Below are positions 59,363 to 64,000 of a DNA stretch of 64,000 nucleotides, piece by piece (the stretch's first letter is position 1; every line of letters begins with the position of its first letter). The notes under the pieces are model-generated. The model saw only the letters and a list, made by a program, of their open reading frames with translations, made no database searches and was not told the DNA's origin. This DNA is from Octopus sinensis (lineage: Eukaryota), in assembly GCF_006345805.1 (NCBI RefSeq), contig NC_043005.1, forward strand, positions 91,946,001-92,010,000. Reading direction: 5' to 3'. The position numbers and the translations under genes were made by a program.

Positions 59363-59880
59363 TTCCTGTGTTTCTGACGAAGAGCTCCGCTCGAAATGTT
59401 AAACCCTCCTTCTTTCCTGAACGTCCAATAATACTATACTTGTTCCACGTCCTCGCGTTGTTTTCTCTTTGTGTTTTTATGTTTGGATTAACTTTATATA
59501 CCACACGCTCACACGGACCTCGGCCTTCTGACTGACATGGATAACCAATTTCTGGATTTTTACACCTACGGATTACTGTTATCATTCATCCGGAGTACAT
59601 CACTGTAATCGTGATTGGAAATCAAAAAATTTGTCCATGACTCTTCCACTTTTTCCTCGTCCTCTTTTTACCTTTCTGCTTCTACTTCCACTTTTCTTTT
59701 CCTCCGTCTTCCCTTCCTTGGATCTTTCCTTTTCCTATGTTTCTGAAGAAGAGCTCCACTCAAAACGTTAAATCCTCCTTCTTTCCTTCTTTCCTGAGCG
59801 TCCAATAACACTATACTTGTTCCCCGTCCTCGTGTTGTTGTGTTTTCTCTTTGTGTTTTCATGTTTGGATTAACTATATA
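59363..59880 (+). mobile_element. Tandem direct pLTR-like repeats, each carrying a minimal hammerhead (period 369 bp)
   Basis: Repeat copies at 59363-59500 and 59732-59880; cores CTGACGA at 59374 and CTGAAGA at 59743. Confidence 0.8.
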
Positions 59881-60273
59881 CTCTTTACTCTTACTCTTTT
59901 ACTTGTTTCAGTCATTTGACTGCGGCCATGCTGGAGCACCACCTTTAGTTGAGCAAATCGACTCCGGGACTTATTCTTTGTAAGCCCAGTACTTATTCTA
60001 TCGGTCTCTTTTGCCGAACCGCTATGTGACAGGGACGTAAACACACCAGCATCGGTTGTCAAGCAATGCTAGGGGACAAACACAGACACACAAACATATA
60101 TATATATATACAATGGGTTTCTTTCAGTTTCCGTCTACCAAATCCACTCACAAGGCATTGGTCGGCCCGAGGCTATAGCAGAAGACACTTGCTCAAGATG
60201 CCACGCAGTGGGACTGCACTCGGAACCATGTGGTTGGTAAGCAAGCTACTTACCACACAGCCACTCCTGTGCC
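59881..60273 (-). mobile_element. tRNA-type SINE family B
   Basis: tactctttactcttactcttttacttgtttcagtcatttgactgcggcc...ccacacagccactcctgtgcc. Confidence 0.9.
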
Positions 60274-61019
60274 TATATATATATATATCATTATCAAGGT
60301 CATCATCAATATTTTAACATCCACTTTTCCATGCTTGTATGATTCAAACAAAACTTGTTAAAGCAAGTTTTCTACAGCTGGATATTCTTCCAGTCACCAC
60401 CCTTCACCTGCAAGCTAGTATGTCCTTTAGTTCTTCAAATAGTCACAGCCCAATGGCTGGACATAATTTCATGGAATATTACAAACAGTTGATAGCTTTT
60501 GTATGAAAGGTGAAATTGTTTGCAAATGGCATGAAAGTGTTAAGACAAGGACACACATGCACACACACACACACATATACAATGGTAATGTAGTTTAGAG
60601 GTTCACTTGACATTTATGTCATTTCAGGTTTAGTTCTACTGTGCAGCAACCTAATCACATACTTTCTGTTATATAACCAAAGCCTTATAAATGGATTTAG
60701 TTGACATCATATATGTGTGTGTGTGTCTGTATTTGTGTGAATAATTTTGTATTTCCTTCATGTCTATGTGTCTGTTTCACCCATTGGTTATAAACAATGA
60801 CTGCAGATGGTGTCATTTGCTTGCAGTCCATTACAAAAGCTTGCCTGGGCTTCTTAGTAAGTCCTGACATGTGCGGAATGAGCCTGACATGTGTGACTTT
60901 TGTCAACAAAAGGCTCATTTCGCTGTGTCCAGGCTTTTTGCTGCTTGATAGCCTTGGAGATTATTGAATGCTTGAAAAGTTCCCTAGAAATGTTAGTTTC
61001 TGTTGTGTCAGACATCTAA

Positions 61020-61620
61020 TTAACAGTGGAATAGGTGTTTAGAGAGCGTGGTAGCTAAAGTAAGAACAGATTGAAAGAAGTTGAAGGAGCTGTGATTTAT
61101 GCCCTCAACAGAGCACTTCTTAAGGATGATGGGCACATTGTGCACGGCATGTCTATGAAATGCAATGTTGCATGAGAGTGAAACGTGGCTCTTGAACAGA
61201 AATAATTTGCAGGGACTTGAAACAATTGAAGCAAGCATGCTTCATTTGATGTGCAATGTAAGTATGCATGAATGATGAAGTATGAAAAAACTGAGAGAGC
61301 AACTGAGTATAAGAGGAATCAGATGTAATGTGCCAGAGAAACGTCTTGTGTGGAAATGTGATGTGTCAATGTGTCATCTCCAAATATTCACTTGATATAT
61401 GGAGTAAGAAGTGGTGCACACTTAAAGTTCATGGAACTTGTGGAGGAGACTAAAAAAGACATGGGCTGAGGGAATGAATACTGATTGAAAGACATTGCTT
61501 CTTGTAGTGGCAGAAAGAGACATGATGAATGATGATTCATGACACTGGAAAAGATTCATGTAGCAGTGCAAGCATGGCAAATCAAAAGTTACCAAAATAG
61601 TGATGGAGACTGAGACATAT
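61020..61620 (+). mobile_element. Degenerate RTE-clade LINE 3' fragment
   Basis: ESVVAKVRTDWKK..E...NAMLHESETWLLNRNNLQGLETIEASMLHLMCNVSMHE...LREQLSIRGIRC (RTE ML.GSETW / MLRWMCNV region); multiple stops. Confidence 0.75.
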
Positions 61621-62639
61621 ATGTTGGTGAACAAGCAAAGCTATGGAATAGTGAGGTCCCAAAAGTTGTGGCAAGAACAGGAATTTTCCTCAAGTGCTGA
61701 TGCCACTAATCACTATAAAAGTGGAAGGACATAGAATGTCTCTGGTACTGGTGCTAAGAAAACAGCACAGTAGTTGGTGTGAAGAAGGGCATCCAACCAT
61801 AGAAACCAAGTGAAACTGAAACACAACAATGGAGTCCCATTCTCTGACATGTCTAAATGAGCAGTACCACTGAGTATGTGCTGATCCTAACTGGCAATTT
61901 ATCTACCACATGCCAGCAGAGAATGTAGATGTAAAACAATGAAGATGAGAAATATGTATGTATGCATAAATGTGTATAAATATCCCTCATTAGGCCTCGT
62001 TTCCTTTGTAGTAGTAGGTGCATAATAAAATGATGACAATAAGGGATTTTTCACTTTCATTTTTCAGATGCTATTCTTTTCACTTTTAAGTTTCATATGC
62101 CATTGTTTAACTTCCCTGTTATTGTTTTCACTGTAAGTCTATGTTTTCAATCAATATTTACAAACAAACAATGGCAAATCACTGACTGAAAGAAGTTCAC
62201 AATTACTGATGTAAGTAAGTTCATAATTTACTGTCAGATGTATCTTCATAAAGTTCACTTCAACCTGTACGGTTTTGTGTCTTTCTGTTGTTGACAGTTT
62301 CTGGTTCCTTCGATACTGGCTCTTTGGTTCACTGAGTGACTAATTTCGCTTCAACCCATACAATACTTTATTTTTCATTAAAATTTTTTATTTACTTTCT
62401 GCCCATCATATTAAGAAACATAATTTCCATTACCATAATTTCTGCACAAAATGGAGAAAATGAAACAAATATGGAGTGGGGAAAATTTCTCAAAAATAAC
62501 CCCCAATTGTTTTTCCCCAAAATTCCTATGTCCTTGGAATCTATACAGTCCAAGGTATATTTGCAGACAATTTCATTAAAAATATCCATTTTTCTGAAAG
62601 TTAATGTCATCTAAAGTCAGGAGTGGGAGAGCACAGAAA

Positions 62640-64000
62640 TCTGTAGTTATGCCAATTTGTCTACAATGTCAAGGTCAGTCAAAAGAATGCCTCTGTCTAA
62701 GGAAAGAGAGATTGCTGCAGAAAGGGAAGCATACCAAGAAACAGACTGTGCACAACAAAAGTCAGAGCATCTCAAAGTGATGAACAGAGGTATGCACAAC
62801 TGACAAGGAATAGCATCTCCACCACAAAACGAAGAGCAGTTGCAACAGCTCAGAGAAGCAACTTCTATGAAGCAGCTTTCAATTATGATCATTATGCAGA
62901 TCATTATACCGATAATACTAGAGTTTCCATTGGTGCAGTGATAATTGAGTGCATACATTGTAAAGCAAAGAAGTAGTCTGGAGAGACACCTGGACTGTGC
63001 TGCAGTGGTGGAAAGGTTATCCTCCAACCTCCAGAGCCATTGAAGAAACTGTTGCCATCAACTGACCAAGACTCCAAGCACTTCCAAAACAAAATTAGAC
63101 AATACAATGCTGCACTACAGATGACATCATTTGGAGACATAAGAAATATAACTGAGCCAGGATTCATACAAACTTTCAAGGTCCAAGGTCAAATTTATCA
63201 TCGGATTGGCTTTCTACTACCTCTGTCAAATGAATCACCAAAATCCCTTCAAATATATTTTATGGATGATTCTCAACAAAAAGGCTAAAAGAGGTGCAAG
63301 AACATTTACGGCATCAGGATGAACATTGTAGTGTCTCTGCAAAAGATGCTGCATAACAACAACAACCTGATCAGAAGCTTCAAGACTGCACTTGAAACAA
63401 TTCCACATGACTCCATCGATTACAAAATAGTTGTCAGATCAGACAAGAAACCATCTGGTCAGCATGGAGGGAGGTTTAATGTGCCAACAACAAATGAAAT
63501 GGCTGTGCTTCGGGTTGGGCAAGAACACAACAAGCGTGACATTGTCATCCATCTCAGAGTCAGCATACTGACAGACACAGTCCAACTACAAATGGAAGTT
63601 CCCAAAGATACCACACTTCAAGCGCTGTCAAGATGATGAATTCGCTACAAGACTGCTATACAATGAAGTTCCACAATTCCATACCTGGTACCAAAACTGA
63701 TGGAAAAGATGTGCACTTGGAGTACCCACACATCATCTGGGAATCAAGAAAACAGACACACTTGGCAGAGTCTATGTTGTCCATCCCAACAACTCAGAGT
63801 GCTTCCATTACACCATGTCAAGAGACCCACATCATTTACAGCATTATGTACGGTTGATAGCACAATATGTCGAACATATCGCTAGGCTTTCCGTCTCAGA
63901 GGTCTTCTTGAAAATGATGCACACTGGGATGTCACTCTGAGAGAGGCACAAATGTGCAAGTCTCCTATGCAGCCGAGAAACCTCTTCTCCATCATGGCAA
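62640..64000 (+). pseudogene. Helitron Rep/Hel gene relic: N-terminal zinc-finger-like and Helitron_like_N region fused to the post-Rep segment; runs off the window
   Basis: CIHCKAKK*SGETPGLCCSGGKV; HFQNKIRQYNAALQMTSFG; TFKVQGQIYHRIG..LP; LQIYFMD; GRFNVPTTNEMAV; then LLYNEVP...TLGRVYVVHPNNSECF...HHVKRPTSF...TVD..ICRTY...GLLENDAHW..TL.EA. In-frame stops and frameshifts. Confidence 0.9.

Overview
AT-rich eukaryotic genomic DNA, most likely an octopod cephalopod. That assignment is inferred from my recollection of the SINE families and the dense (TA)n/(CA)n microsatellites; it was not checked against a database. The window holds the 3' part of one + strand synaptotagmin-like protein gene (Slp4/Slp5/bitesize family). 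I reconstructed nine phase-consistent coding exons by hand (17064-45349, at least 3,335 aa) ending in tandem C2A/C2B domains. The N-terminal Rab-binding exons were not found in the window. The first visible exon is a giant 8,670-nt phase-1/phase-1 exon encoding a low-complexity region. It contains a near-identical 681-bp tandem repeat and an array of about 30 units of 75 bp (25 aa, each with an SP site). Its weak donor is followed by an in-frame stop and AATAAA, so a C2-less isoform is possible. Introns and flanks carry tRNA-type and RTE-tail-type SINEs, RTE LINE relics, mariner relics, piggyBac-type MITEs, a Rep-deleted Helitron and several long fold-back palindromes. They also carry at least four Penelope-like (PLE) pieces whose ends hold minimal hammerhead-ribozyme motifs. 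One of these has a tRNA-like A/B-box cassette just upstream of the hammerhead, and another is a 369-bp hammerhead-to-hammerhead tandem. No prokaryotic features or CRISPR arrays were seen.
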